In this document: positions 1 through 13,680 of the stretch, piece after piece
Position numbering within the stretch: position 1 is the stretch's first letter
Layout of the letters: each line of letters opens with the position of its first letter
NCBI GenBank assembly: GCA_951406725.2
Contig: OX597814.1
Location: 55,800,001-55,864,000 of the forward strand
DNA length: 64,000 nucleotides
Direction: 5' to 3'
Origin: Octopus vulgaris
Lineage: Eukaryota
Program-made: the position numbers and the translations under genes
The notes under the pieces: generated by a model
Told to the model about the DNA's origin: nothing
Seen by the model: the letters and a program-made list of their open reading frames with translations, nothing else
The model's database searches: none

Positions 1-393
1 GGTTTCAAGACGAAAGAAGTTCTTCCATCAGGATAATGCTCAGCTGCATACAACAAGGATGACATTCAAAAGACTGGAGAAGTTTGAATGGGAAATGATT
101 TCCCACCCACCATATCTGCTGGACATTGCCCCATCTGATTATCATCTCTTCAGCAGTCTTCAAAATTATTTGGACAGAAAAAATATGAATTCTGTAGATG
201 AGGTCAGAACAGTACTGGAGGAGTATTTTTGTCACAGACAAGTGAATTTTGGAAGAGGGACCTTGCAAGCTTACCAGATAAATGGTAGAAGATGAAGGTG
301 AGTATATTTTAAATTAAAAAAGAACTTTATCTTAATTTTAAAAAATAAAAGAAGTATATAAAAAAAACACTTTATTTATGGGATGACCCAATA
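1..393 (+). mobile_element. Mariner-family transposon, 3' remnant (degenerate transposase C-terminus plus right TIR)
   Basis: FFHQDNAQLH and ISHPPYLLDIAPSDYHLF match the mariner DD34D motifs (HDNA..H, HPPYSPDLAPSDY). Ends in tttatgggatgacccaata next to a TA run. Confidence 0.85.
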
Positions 394-414
394 TATATAT
401 AATAGACAGAGGCA

Positions 415-740
415 TGGCTGTGTGACATAGGTGCAGGCATGGTTGTGTGGTAAGAAGCTTGCTTCCCAATCACATATTTCCAGGTTCAGTCCCACTGTAT
501 GGCATGTTGGGCAAGTGTCTTCTGCTAGTCTCACTTGACCAAGGCCTTGTGAGTGGATTTGGTAGACAGAAACTGAAAGAAGCCTGTTGTGCCCCCCTAA
601 CTTAGCGGTTTGGCAAAAGAGAACGATAGAATAAGTACTAGGCTTACAAAGAATAACTTCTGGGTTCGATTTCTTCAACTAAAAACACTTTAAAGCTGTG
701 CTCCAGCATGGTGGCAGTCAAATGATTGAAAGAAGTAAAA
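415..740 (+). mobile_element. tRNA-derived SINE (family A) copy
   Basis: Head ggcatggttgtgtggtaagaagcttgcttcccaa, B-box-like ggttcagtcccac, body gggcaagtgtcttct...gccttgtgagtggatttggtagacagaaactgaaagaagcc. Related copies recur on both strands at about 4850, 15085, 18865, 32720, 35185, 37800, 42965, 45603, 53120, 56985 and 62415. Confidence 0.8.
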
Positions 741-852
741 AAACATAATGTTTGTGTGTGTGTGTGTGTGCATATATATACACACACACTTATATATATA
801 TATAAAACAAATGAAGGACAGAAGATGGAATATACATCTAGCATCAATTCCT

Positions 853-2244
853 TTTGTGGGACACTCAACAACTGGTTCAGGAGCATCCAGTGGTGCAGAT
901 GTATCTCATCGGGTGATAAATAAATAAAAACAACTTGATAAAATGACTGTTCCACAATGTAATTTACTGTTTTGTTGAGAGAAAAACAGCCAGATGGAAG
1001 AAAAATCTTCATATATATATAGAAGATCAAAAATAAAATTGCAGAAGACAAAAGGAGAAACAAATATGTAACCCAATGAGAAAAATATTGAAAATAACCG
1101 TTAACAGATATGGTTGTATAAACGCCCTTGGGCAAGCTGCATGGCACACATACACGTGCTCATACAAGCATCAACATACCATGAAGGTATCCTATGCCAA
1201 CTCTGCTAATTTAGAGCAGCTTATGCATCGCATAGACAATAGCAAAATGTGGCAAAGGTTCAATAACCCACCTACTGGATCTAGCAAACATTTGCATCTA
1301 AATACCAACCAAGGAGAGGTAAACTGCATTGATAATCACCAACTTCGACCAATTTGTAATAGTAGAAATACTCATGGTACAGCTAGCACAACACTGCCAG
1401 TAAATGGAGTAAATGTATGCTTTATATACAAATAAATACGATAAATGCTCATGCAGACATAAATCAGAAAATATCCTTTGATGAATCTGTATGAGTACAA
1501 ATCTTGTATATAAATGTACTGCCACAGCCTGACCCCATGGAAGAAGTCATTTACCCTAAATACCATATAGGAAGATGGAACTCAAAACAATTTGATTGCA
1601 AAGTGAATTTCTTAATCACATACAATGTAATTTCCAGGAGATGCTGTATTCTGCTCCAAGGAATCCCTGTCTATTCTGTGGACTAACGAGAAGATAATTA
1701 ATAGAATTTCTGAACGACTGTCAAGATGTCTGCATGCATATAAATGTACTTTCGCGCAATGCGGTTGAGAATGAATTTTGAGTGACCATTAACTTAATGT
1801 AATTTAATTTACTTTAAGGTTTGGATGACTTAAATTTACTTTTAACCTCCCTGTTCTTCTAAACACCAAGTAAATAACTAACTCAGTTTGTGATCATGAG
1901 TGCAAAAGTAAGAGGAATGGCATGAGAGTTGGTGTGAGCACGTGTACTCATGCCATGCAGCTTGCCCAAGAGCGTTTATACATCCATATCTGTTAACAAT
2001 TATTTTCAATGCTTTTTTTGCTGGATTATGTGTTTGTTTCTCTTTTTGTCTTCTGCAATTTTATTTTTGATCTTCTATATATATATGAAGATTTTTCTTC
2101 CGTCTGGCGGTTTTTCTCTCTACAAAACAGTAAGTTACATTGCGGAACAGTAATTTTAATGAGTTGTTTTTATTTATTTATCACCCAATGAGATACATCT
2201 GCACCACCGGATGCTCCCAAACCAGTTGTTGAGTGTCCCACAAA
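853..2244 (+). mobile_element. 5'-truncated Penelope-like element with inverted pseudo-LTR arms (853-1165 / 1932-2244) around a decayed GIY-YIG region
   Basis: About 310-bp diverged inverted repeat. The interior translates with frameshifts to SYANSANLEQL..., KCSCRHKSE.PL...CMSTNLVYKCTAT and YNVISRRC...ERLSRCLH, typical of the Penelope linker and EN C-terminus. The arms carry a degenerate hammerhead-like core (CCGATGA...GAA(A)CCAGTTGTT). Confidence 0.75.
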
Positions 2245-2896
2245 TAGAAAGATAAACTTGATAAGCAGTTGGCAGGTGGGGATAAGGAAACAGTAATATA
2301 TGTGTTTGTGTGTGTATATGTGTGTGTGTATGTATGTACACACACACACATACACACACCACTTTCATTTCAATGTTTACTTTTCCTTGCTCACATGGTT
2401 GCATATAAGGAATTATTGAGTTGGTTTTCTAAGACTTGTGTGTTTTGCATGTGTTTGCCAACCCTCACTTGTCTCCAAGTAAAGTAATATTTCTCCATAC
2501 GGCAAGGCATGTTTACACAGAAGATTGGAAACAATGGACACTTAATCACATACATATGAGCTTTACTCTTTATTACTCTCTCGAACTTTGTATTTCTTAC
2601 AGACAAATCTTATTCTGCTGGATTGCTTTATCCTGATTAAGAACTTGGCGTTCAAGAAGTTGATCAGTCCAAACACTAATTTAGTACTTTTCTATTCTAC
2701 ACTTGTACTAGTTTCTTCACACACACTCTCTAACTTATAAAATAATAACGGTACATTGGGCTTCATTTCAAAAGTAAGAGGAATGGCATGAGAGTTGGTG
2801 TGAGTCAGCTGAAGAGGTGTGGAAGACAGGCATTAAATAATGTTGCTGCCATTGATGATGATACATATATGCATTCATACATATATACATACAAAC

Positions 2897-2927
<31 letters not shown>

Positions 2928-3662
2928 TGTATGTATGTAGTATGTATGTATGTATATATGCATGCATGCATGGTGTGTGTGTGTCGTTAAATACATGACA
3001 CAAGATTACCTACACACATTCTAAGCAATCTTCCTTCATGAAAAACACACACGCACGCACACACACACAAATAGAAAGATAAACTTGATAAGCAGTTGGC
3101 AGGTGGGGATAGGAAACAGTAACCTTTATGTGTGTGTGTGTGTGAAGATATCTATGTGTGTGTGTATGTATGTACACACACACACATACACACACCACTT
3201 TCATTTCAATGTTTACTTTTCCTTGCTCACATGGTTGCAAGGAATTATTGAGTTGGCTTTTCTAAGACTGGATTTTTTGCTTTTGCCAACCCTCACTTGT
3301 CTCCAAGTAAAGTAATATTTCTCCACGGCAAGGCATGTTTACACAGAAGATTGGAAACAATGGACACTTCCTATATGATAGTGACACTTGATTACAACTA
3401 TCAAGCAATGTCAAGACAAGAAGAAAGTAAAACAGCTACACATCCATGCACCACATACATGTCTCTGCCAGCTCACTGCTTTATATACTAATATCTTCCA
3501 AATCTAGGAGTTATAGTAGAAGACACTTGCTTGGGATACCACACAGTGGAAATGAACCTGGAACTGTGTGGTTGGGAAGCCAGTGTGGAAGACAGGCATT
3601 AAATAATGTTGCTGCCATTGATGATGATACATATATGCATTCATACATATATACATACAAAC

Positions 3663-3693
<31 letters not shown>

Positions 3694-4109
3694 TGTATGT
3701 ATATATGCATGCATGCATGGTGTGTGTGTGTCCTTAGAACTCTTAGATGCAAAGCATAGCTCTCTACCTTCAACATTTCAAGTTATGGTTCTCATTGAGT
3801 TAATACAATTATCATGAATAACGAGTATATTCTGAGATGTTACTAGGAGATAGCATTCACACCAGAAAGTAATATTCGAACATAAAAAAAGGATTTCATG
3901 ATTAGATAAGACAAATCATTAACTTGCCTGATTGATGTGTTATTATGATAAAAGACAGTATGGCAAGTACATCATTATTGTCAACAGTTCTCTTGAATTC
4001 TTCCTCTTCTTACCTCATATTATGAACCCGATATGTTTCATCTTCCAAAATACATTATTAGAACAGAGTAGGTGCTAAATATTACTAACATACTGGTAAT
4101 ATTCTTTTC

Positions 4110-4315
4110 TGCTCTAGGCACAAGACCCAAAATTTTTGGTGAGTGGGCCAGTCGGTTAGATCGATCCCCATATGCAACTGGTACTTAATTTATCAGCCCC
4201 AAAAGGATGAAAGACAAGGTCGACCTCGGTGGAATTTGAACTCAGAACATAAAGACAGATGAAATACTGCTAAACATTTAGCCCAGCTTGCTAATGTCTC
4301 TGCCAGCTCACTGCT
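4110..4315 (-). mobile_element. tRNA-derived SINE (family B, core gcctttcatcctttcggggtcgataaa)
   Basis: aaggatgaaagacaaggtcgacctcggtggaatttgaactcagaac...ctgccagctc. Other copies at about 19600-19805 (+), 30380-30495, 49200-49360 and 60610-60825. Confidence 0.75.
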
Positions 4316-5479
4316 TTATATACTAATATATTAAATAACAACCAATTATAAGGAGCTACAACACTGTTATGTGAAATGGAAATTGACAATTAACTGTCAT
4401 TGTAATTAGAACTGTTCCTTCTGGTGTAAATACTATAAAAAAGGTATGTACATCCAGTTTCAGCATTATCAGAAGTTCTTCAGGTTTTCAGTGCATGTAG
4501 CAATCACAAAATTGTTTTTGTTTTCACAGTAAAACTTATTTTGTTATTATTCACTCTCTTATTACATTATTGACCTTTGTTATTACCATTATTTGCTTTT
4601 CCTTTCATTGGATTCAGCCAGAGGCTGTAGCTATGCTGGGGTACAGCCATTAAAAAGTCACTTAAGGTTCTATTGAGTTAATACAAATATCATGAATAAC
4701 GAGTATATTCTGGAGATGTTACAGGAGATAGCATTCACACCAGAAAGTAATATCTCCGAACAAAAATAGTTCCCGTGATTAGATAAGACAAATCATTAAC
4801 TTGCCTGATTGATGTGTTATTATGATAAAAGACAGTATGGCAAGTACATTGTTAAATGTGGTACACTGTGTACAGTGTGACATCTTGAGTAAGTGTTGTC
4901 TACTATAACCTTGGACTAACCAAAGCCCTGTGAGTGGATTTGGTAGATAGAACCTAAAAGAAGCCTGTCATATATGTATACATATGTATCTATGTGTGTT
5001 TGTGCAACTGTGATATCTTTTGCCTTGACATTACATGGTGGTTATAAAAGAGCATCACTTCCATGTTAGCAATGTTGTTCATTTCTAATCTTCTGTAAAA
5101 AAATATGTCTAGCCACTCACAAGGCTTGGAAACAGAGTTGACAACAGGAAAGGCATCCACTTCTTTTTCAGCACACTTCTTTTGCTTCAACAAATTCCAT
5201 CTGATGCATGGAAGCATGGAAAAGTTGAACATTAAACAATGAGGATACTGATGAGGATGGGCTTTGATGAAAATTAATTTGAAAATAATCACTGACAGCT
5301 TTGGAAGGATTCCAAATCCATTAGAATAACTTGCATTTAACATGAATATGTATGTACAGAAACACATACATACACACACACAGAAATATACATTCTTACA
5401 AATTTTACGCATTACCCGATACCCATAACATAAAGACTTAGAAGTTACAAGCACTCTAAATACAAACTCAAAGGGAAGA

Positions 5480-6122
5480 CTCATTTATAGCTCTCAGCTA
5501 GCATTTCATAGTACTTGCATGATATATTGCTTGAAAATAATCCTTGGTGGCTGAAAAAGAAGTGTGCAGACTCCTCAGCTTACCAAAAGTTCCAGAGAAA
5601 AGATACAGCAAAATCTCTGTTGTTCCATTAGAAAACAGGCTGCCACAGCAAAACTAAATCGAAAATTGATGTATTGAGTGCTGAAAGAAGATCTCAGGAC
5701 CCAACTTTTCAAGATGATCCACTGTCATGAGCTCATGCAAGTTTATAAGGCCATGAAAATGGAGAGAAGTCGTCTTATCCTGTGTCAGATTGCTGAAGGC
5801 ACACTGCCCAACCTGGTGTTCACTGGTGAAAAGAAATTTGACATCAAACAGACAGTAAACTACCAAAATGACTGACATTGGAATGTATCTGGCTCCATCA
5901 AGGGTAGACTTGTAAATCAACATAAAAATCCAGTCAATTATGTTTTAGGTAGTAGCTGCGACAGCCACTGGCAGAGTGAATTGCATCATGGTGCTGTTTT
6001 TCTCAAATACGGAGCCCAGCTGACCCTACTATACTGTGTAATTGACAAAATCAAAAACAAACTATGTGCATGCGGAGAATTAAAAATATAAAATGGAGAC
6101 AATTTTCACATCGCACCAGGTA
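5480..6122. mobile_element. Degenerate maT/DD37D-like Tc1-mariner fragment (+) fused to an inverted 5' end of the same family
   Basis: LVFTGEKKFDIKQTVNYQND resembles the first-Asp motif FTDEKKF...NxQND. 5977-6122 is the reverse complement of the 5' end of the element at 54903. Confidence 0.65.
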
Positions 6123-6164
6123 TATGTAAATATATATATATATGTATGTATATATATATGTATG

Positions 6165-6220
<56 letters not shown>

Positions 6221-6247
6221 GTATGTATATATATGTATGTGTATATA

Positions 6248-6283
<36 letters not shown>

Positions 6284-6574
6284 TGTATGTATGTATGTAT
6301 GTATGTATATAGTAATCAGTCAAAGAATAAAGAATTATATTCTTACATGACTATTTGCTTACATATGCTTCAAAAGGCTTGACCATATGTTTCAAAAGGT
6401 TTGTATATATATAATTGATCAATAAATTAATCAATTAATCAATTAATGGAACACACATGTATATATGTGTGTGTATCATATAGAAAGATATACATATATA
6501 TAAATACATATAAATATATACACACATGCATAAATTTATACACACACACGTAAATGTGTGTATGTATATAAATG

Positions 6575-6656
<82 letters not shown>

Positions 6657-6660
<4 letters not shown>

Positions 6661-7765
6661 GGCTAAATGAATGCCCAGAAAATGACCAGCATGGAGGAGA
6701 AGGTTCTCAAAGCTTAAAGATCCTGCAAATGGACAGAGATTCAGAGACATTTTACTCAAAGCCTTTGACGAAATAGAGGGGGATATAACATCACATGATG
6801 TGGAAGACAACTGGAGGTTTCTACAGGTCAACCTGCTGAGGGCCACTGACCAGATCTGTGGATGGTGCAAAGTCCCCTCTCAACCCAAGATAACATGGTG
6901 GTAGAACAATGTTGTTGACAGGGCCATTAGGGAAAAGAATCAGGATTGGAAGGACTGAAAGAATGGTGGTAGCAGGGAATGGTACCAGACTGTCAGAAGG
7001 GAAGCTAGGAGACAGGTTTATTTAGCCAGAGAGGAAGCAGATAAGAAAAAATTTGCCAATGTTCTGCACCATGAGGACCAAAGACTTGAGGTATTTTGTG
7101 TTGCAAGACAGTGTGTGAGAGAGAATCGTGATGTTGTAGGAGAGAAATGTGTCCGCATGGATGATGGTTCACTTGCATTAAACGAGGCTGCAAAGAGAGA
7201 GGTATGGAGACTATGAAAGGTTACTAAATAAAGAGAATGAATGGGAGAAAGAGAGCCTGCCAAATGCTGACCCAACAGAGGGACCAGCTATCCAAATTGA
7301 TAGTGCCTTGGTAGATAAAGCAATTAAGGGGATGAAGACAGGGAAAGCCCCTGGCCCATCAGGAATCACTGCAGAGATGCTCAAAATATCTGGCAGTGTC
7401 GGCTATGACCTAGTCACCTGTACAGTCAACCAGGTGATACATGAAGGAGTCATACCCAATGACTGGTGTAGCAGCACCATAGTCAACCGCTACAAAGGTA
7501 AAGGTGATGCATTAGATACAAATAATAACAGAGGTATCAAGCTGTTGGATCAGGTAATGGAAGTCATGGAGAGGGTTGTAGCCCTACTAATTAGGGAGAG
7601 GGTCAGTCTAGATGAGATGCAGTTTGGGTTTGTGCCGAGGAAAAGCACCACTGATGCTATATTTCTGATAAGACGGCTGCAGGAGAAATACCTAGCCAAA
7701 GATAAACCCCAGTACCTGGCTTTCGTTGACATGGAGAAAGCCTTTGACAGGGTCCCCGATCCTGG
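6657..7765 (+). mobile_element. RTE-clade LINE, internal fragment with N-terminal RT motifs (pseudogenised)
   Basis: AIKGMKTGKAPGPSGITAEMLK...KGKGD...NNRGIKLL...MQFGFVPRKSTTDAIF...LAFVDMEKAFDRVP, with in-frame stops upstream. Confidence 0.92.
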
Positions 7766-7769
7766 ATGA

Positions 7770-8200
7770 TTCTTTCCTATTTCAGAACAGAAATAAGGAA
7801 GATCTTAAAAGATTTCAAAAATCAATAGCATTCATAAATTGATCAAATTCACAATAGAAATAAATGAAAGGACATTTCCTTGTCTGAACATTTTGATAAT
7901 TAAAGACAATGTGATTGTTACACTGATCTTTACAGCAAAGACACATATACACAACACTGCTTAACCTTTAGATCCTGCAAATGACCCCATACTAAAAGGA
8001 AAAGAAAAACCATTTAAAATACCAAGGTGTATATGTGCAATACAGAGACTTATCTACATGAGAAATGTTACTATAAAATCTCTCTCCAGAAACAAAAGTT
8101 ATGAAAAAGAAAAAAAAACCCAAATAAATAAGGCCATAATTAAAGCAAAATAAATCTCAATCTCTGACTTATGAAGAAACTCTAAGAATGAGAAAGAAGA
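7770..8200 (+). mobile_element. Decayed Penelope-like RT/thumb fragment
   Basis: Reads NSIHKLIKFTIEINERTFPCLNILIIK and TDLYSKDTYTQHCLTFRSC, matching the PLE FT.E.E...PFLD...TD.Y.KPT....YL.F.S.HP pattern. Confidence 0.6.
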
Positions 8201-8535
8201 CACAAAAGGATTACAGTTGCAGTCACCCAATATCACAGAAACCACAACAAAAATTGAAGAGAGTACAGTGATAAATCAGGAAGTGTGGATGGGCAAAAGC
8301 TACAAAGATGTTAGAGTGATGGTTAGAAATATGTCAGGGGTGACTTTCATGAATGATGGATAAAGGCAGAGAGGTGGAGAAAGGAGATAATAATGGGAAG
8401 ATGTCAGTAAAAGTAGCTCAGGGAAGAGAAGTTAATGATTGTTAGTACAGAAACAGTGAGGTGCAGCAGAATAATAAAACTAAAAATAAGAAAATGATGA
8501 AAGATAAATGATGGGAGAGTGTGGTAAAGTTGCAA

Positions 8536-8583
<48 letters not shown>

Positions 8584-8989
8584 GAGAGATATATAGTGAT
8601 TGGGTTGGAAGAGTTCATAAATATGTCAGGGTGAGTATAGTATGGGGAAAAAAGGTGCGAGACAGTTGGGAGTGGATATGAAATGGTATAGTCATGTATG
8701 AGTGTCAATAGGATGTCCCCACCATACACACGCAAGCATGTATCTGACTCATACACTGTTTACTTCCCAGACATTTGTACATTACTGCATATGCTTTATA
8801 CGTACTTTTGACAAGTGTTGCACCTGAGCACTGTATACAATAATTTCATTATTATTATTATTTTAATTCAAGGGAGAGAAAGCTATAACACAGAGAAGGT
8901 GATTTATGGAAGATTGAGGTAGGACAATGTTAAGAATGAGGAATGGGTGTCAAAAGGAAGTGGTTCCAGGGAGAAGGGAAGATAACATA

Positions 8990-10130
8990 TCAAGCAAAGC
9001 CATTTCCCTGATAGAAGTAGAGTACTGTTTATTTTCCTATATACTAAAACTTTGGTCTTTTCTAATCTAACTTTGAGGTTCTTTGATTTCAGAATTCCAA
9101 TTTTCATTCTACTTGAGATTCAGCTATAGGAACAAGATCATCAACATATAAGAGTTCCTATGGGTATCCAGTTTTAAACTTCTCTATTATGGTTTGGAGG
9201 ACTAAGATAAGTAGAAGAGGACTGAGAACCAACACCTGGTGGATCCCTATACAATGAATTCCTTATAGCCCTTGTTGCTCTCACTTTGCTAACAACTCCT
9301 CTGAACATGGTTTGTATGGCTCTCTCACAAGCCACTTGTCTACTTCTAGCTTCCTTAGGGAGTATCAGATCACAGACAGAGGAACAATGTCTAAAGTTTT
9401 CTACAGTAAAGCAGCTTACTTTTCACTAAATACTTATCTAGCTGTTATCTCATTAGGAAGCGAGTATCAGTAGTATTTCTCCCACACAGAAAAAGCTAAC
9501 TGCATCTCATGTGGGCTAATTCTCTTCCTAATTAACTGAACTATAACATTTTTGTAACTTTCATGACCTGTCCGACAATTTGATACATCTGTAATTACCT
9601 CTCCCTAAGGCATCTTCTTTATTTCTGTACCCTAATAACACTTGACTATAATGTTGCTATAACTGTCAATGAATATAATACATCCTCATCGATTAAATAA
9701 GTGACTAAACAGTATCAAACTCCAGATATTTTAAGCTTCTCAGCAGTAATTCCTAACAGACCAGGGGTTTTCTACTCCTTCAGAATGACTGGTCTCTCTA
9801 TTGAGTATTCACCAGGAAGACACTCTTTTTCCCATGCATTCTCAACATTCAATAACCTTTCACTGTTGCACTTCCACATCTCTATTCTTTCAGTATCATC
9901 AAGTGCAAGGTTGCTATTCTTCTCTCTAGCAACTCAGTTCTTTCTGATATGTAGCCTTGTAAACTGGAACACCTCACATCACTGAAGCTCATATTATAAA
10001 ACATTGGTAAACCTCATACATTCTACTTCATCCCTTGCTAACTAAAACCGTTGCAGGACATCATTTCTAGCAATCTGATAGAATTTTCTGCTGCACTAAA
10101 TTTTCCAGTTGCTCAAAAGCTTTGAACAAT
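8990..10130 (-). mobile_element. Old RTE-clade LINE fragment, minus strand
   Basis: LKSKNLKVRLEKTKVLV...GKWLCLIC and other degenerate RT segments homologous to the copies at 6657 and 29115. Confidence 0.75.
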
Positions 10131-10506
10131 TGGAAAATTCTCCTTTTATGGAGCTAGCAATATATGTCTTCTATCAGCACACTACCCTTAGGAGGATTGA
10201 AAATATGCATGAGACACATTTGGTACACAGAACACAATAGGTTGTTTAGTACAAACTTCTAGTTATTCTCAGTGCTATATGCCTCTACTTTTTCTGCTTT
10301 CTCATCAAATGCTTCAAATGATACTCACACACACATATGTATATATATATATATATATATACTAGCATTATGACCCAGTGTTGCCAGGTCATAGTGCTAG
10401 TGCATGTAGATATGTGTACATATTACATGTACATCTATATATGTACACCTACACATAAAATACAAAATACAAAGTTATATCTTGATATCGCTAGTGATAA
10501 CAATAC

Positions 10507-11395
10507 TCAAAATATATAACAGACTGGAGTTGTAGGCCCGTCTCTTGCAATTTCGATCAATTGTATCTTGTCCTCCCTCTTGTATAGAAGTGTGGCTACA
10601 ATCCAGCCTACCTCTACTTTTGGGGGGACATTTTTAATTTTTATTCGGGACGTCCTACGTCCCAGATATAAAGGCAAAAATAAAATATTTCCACTTTGCA
10701 AGGTTCGAGTCGAGTACTCCCTTGCATGCCCCGTTGACTCAAACCTTGCTTCTATTGTGGTGAATTTACTGCCTCTGGTTAGATACTTGATATCTTTCAT
10801 AGTCGCACCAAGACACTTCTCAATGGTGCTTTCCTGCAGGTGTTCAAATCTTTTTTTTTTCTCTACATTGTATACTTTATAGACAATAGTCTTTTCTTTA
10901 ATTTTATTTTTTATTTCGTTTGGTGGTGTTATCCTAGATTCCCCATCTTTGTCGGTGATCAATCCGAAATAGGCTTGTATTTCTTCTATTTTAATTTTAA
11001 TGAGTTTGCGCCCACTGACGGCTGCAGTGAAATTCATTTTTGGACCTTCTTCTATCAAAGACATTTTAACAAAAATGCTTCCATATAAACGGTGAAAATA
11101 TTGTCAATTTCCCCAAACAGGGACACAATTCAATTTTTAAACAATAACCAAAGCTCCTTCTCCCAAAGGGGGAGGGTTACAGTTTACAATTATTTAACAA
11201 ATGCAACACAACAACGCTTCCCTTACGAGGAACCAACAAACCCGATAACAATAGTTAAACAGTAATAATAATAACAACAAACCTTACAGTGAATCAAAAA
11301 GCAGAACTCAGTTGAAGCTATAGTCCTTTATGGATCAGAAATAAACCAACAGCAGTACTCAGTAGAAGCGGCTGTTCGAGAAAACAGACATTACA
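10507..11395 (-). mobile_element. 5' end (5'UTR plus ORF1 N-terminus) of an L1/Tx1-like non-LTR element, 3'-truncated
   Basis: The 185-aa ORF aligns by eye with the ORF at 44136: KYLTRGSKFTTIEARFES...LFLPLYLGRRTSRIKIKNVPP vs KFISRGVKYAMVWLLFDS...MFLPSYCGKRLLRAWVCGLPP. Confidence 0.65.
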
Positions 11396-11739
11396 TACAG
11401 CCAAACTTCATATAGATACTTAATGCTAGCTAATTAGCAGATAATCTAATGTAAAAGCCGTGGTAAAGGGTATGTGCACAGCTCCATCTGGACTATTCCA
11501 TTTCTGCACTTAAATTTTATTTTTTATTTATTCCCATTCATGTGAAGCCACTTATTCAAGTTCAAGTCATTGATGCAATTTTATACCAATTGCTATTTTT
11601 ACTTTTAATTGTTATGTTACGATTTAATTATTATATTATACTTTAGTTTGATTTTAATTATTACTTACTACATATAATTCAATTGCTATTATTATCTCTA
11701 TTTTTTATTGTTAAAGTGAAAGTATCTGACATAAACTAG

Positions 11740-11965
11740 AGAGATGTTTTTCTTTCACTTTTAACACGTAATACTGAAATAGTGGAGAAGATATGATACT
11801 GCTATGGGCTCATCCTAGGCAAGAAGTTGAACATTTTTTTGCCCATGAAACTACATGGACCCTAAGTAAGGCATATGTAAAATTTGAATGAAATTGGTTG
11901 TGTAGTTCTCAAGTTTTAGGGAAACACACAGACAGACACACATTCTCAGTTTTATATATATATAT
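11740..11965 (-). mobile_element. Non-autonomous Helitron 5' end remnant
   Basis: Ends cacacagacagacacacattctcagttttatatata, like the 5' end of the Helitron at 27509-28023. Confidence 0.45.
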
Positions 11966-12323
11966 ATATAACATACACATATATACAAATATTTTCTGCT
12001 TTTATGATGACTATATTTATACATATCTATAGATATGTAAATGTAAACACACACACACATATATATGCATGCATATATACATACACACATGTATATCACA
12101 CATAAGTGTATGTGATGCACAAGCCACATACACATATACAGTGATGTCTCCATACATGGACATTATCTGTTCCAGCATCCTGTCTGTTAACTAAATTGTT
12201 TGCTACATGAGTAAATGGATTAAATACAAAGGTAATCTGTTCTAAGCCACACACAGATTCCACATAAAGGAACCAAATAATGTTTTATTTGTCCATCTAT
12301 CAACATCAAATACATAAATATAT

Positions 12324-12523
12324 GTGCTGAAAAGTTCCTGGCTTTCAAGGAAATCACGAAAGGCCTGGTTAGCAGCTCAACCTTTTGAGTTCTTTTACAT
12401 GGCTTAAGGAAAAATGAATAACTACTGCAATCTGAGAAGGGAATATGTTGAATATAATCATAATTAACAGATCTTCCTATATCTTCTTTTACCCAAAGCC
12501 AGGAACTTTTCAGCACTTACTCG
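12324..12523. mobile_element. Mariner-type MITE
   Basis: 22-bp perfect inverted repeat gtgctgaaaagttcctggcttt (12324-12345) / aaagccaggaacttttcagcac (12495-12516). Right end ...ctcg followed by TA. Confidence 0.75.
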
Positions 12524-12529
12524 TATATA

Positions 12530-12574
<45 letters not shown>

Positions 12575-13052
12575 TGTGAGTGTGTGCGTGTATGTGTATG
12601 TGTGTGTATGTGCATGTGCATGTAAGTGTGAGTTCTTTTCCCTTTGTCTTGCATCTGTTTATGCATAATGAAATACATACATGTATTCTAACAAACCATT
12701 TTGAACACACTCCCCTAGACACTTATATGTATGTTTAGTTTACTTGTGGTTTGTTGTTCCAATTTTAGCCCATTTGCTGAATATAATTTCCTTCTAAAAA
12801 CCTGTTTGCTATACAGTTTATTCATTTAGTATACCATTGTGTCATCTCCTCACAATTTGTTGTTCAAATTTTAGTTCATTAAGTGAATAGGTTCTCAGTC
12901 ACTTATACATGTGCATAGTCAGCTCATGGTCCTTTGATCAAATTTCAGCTCATTATGTGAGTTTAATTTTCTTCAGAAAAACCAGGCATTACCCAATTTG
13001 TTCATTTAGCAAACTGTTTATATCTGGACATGGATACCCTGCTGTATGTATA

Positions 13053-13444
13053 TACAGGGTAGCCCAAAAGTAGGTTTACAGTTATCACAGTGGCACTTTA
13101 AATTCCTTTTAAAACATTTTATTACATTTAAAGGAACATTCTAATGAAGTTGAACATCTTATCTAGTCACCACATTTCCTAGATCTCAATATTATTGAAT
13201 ATTTACGGTGCATTGTAGAAAACAAGTAAGGATTCGATATCCTCCACCATCATCACTACAAGAACTGAAGACTGTTTTAGCTAAAGAATGGACAAAAATT
13301 CCTTTGGAAACAATTCAAACTTTGTACAAGTCCATACCTTATAGAATTCAAGCTGTAATTACTACCAAAGGCAGTCCTACTCTGTATTAACATAAATTTG
13401 TTAGAAATTTTAATGCGTTTCCATTATTTTATTCAACCCCTGTA
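13053..13444 (+). mobile_element. Internally deleted Tc1-type transposon
   Basis: Termini tacaggg...cccctgta. Contains PDLNIIEY and SSLQELKTVLAKEWTKIPLETIQTLYKSIPYRIQAVITTKGSPTLY (Tc1 C-terminus). Confidence 0.75.
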
Positions 13445-13665
13445 TACACACACACATATAATGTATACACATTTATATATAAGCAAGTGTGTGTATATAT
13501 ATATATATACACACACACACATACACACATATATATAATGCATATACATTTGTATATAAGCAAGTGTGTGTATATATATATATATATACACACACACATA
13601 CACACATATATATAATGCATATACATTTGTATATAAGCAAGTGTGTGTATATATATATATATATT
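13445..13665. repeat. Three tandem units of about 75-80 bp built from CA/TA microsatellites
   Basis: The anchor tataatgcatatacatttgtatataagcaagtgtgtg occurs three times, the first slightly variant. Confidence 0.8.
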
Positions 13666-13680
13666 TCCGTATATATATGT

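Noticed and set aside
2600-2680. Possible minus-strand exon ending ct|gtaaga within the Slo2 intron
   Set aside because: Weak acceptor and no similarity to the expected Slo2 exon 2.
6051-6870. Many ORF-track entries with YIYI/CVCV/HTHT runs (also about 2170-3800, 13430, 18860, 46980, 48460, 54420)
   Set aside because: They are translations of (TA)n, (CA)n and (TATG)n microsatellites that happen to lack stops, not genes.
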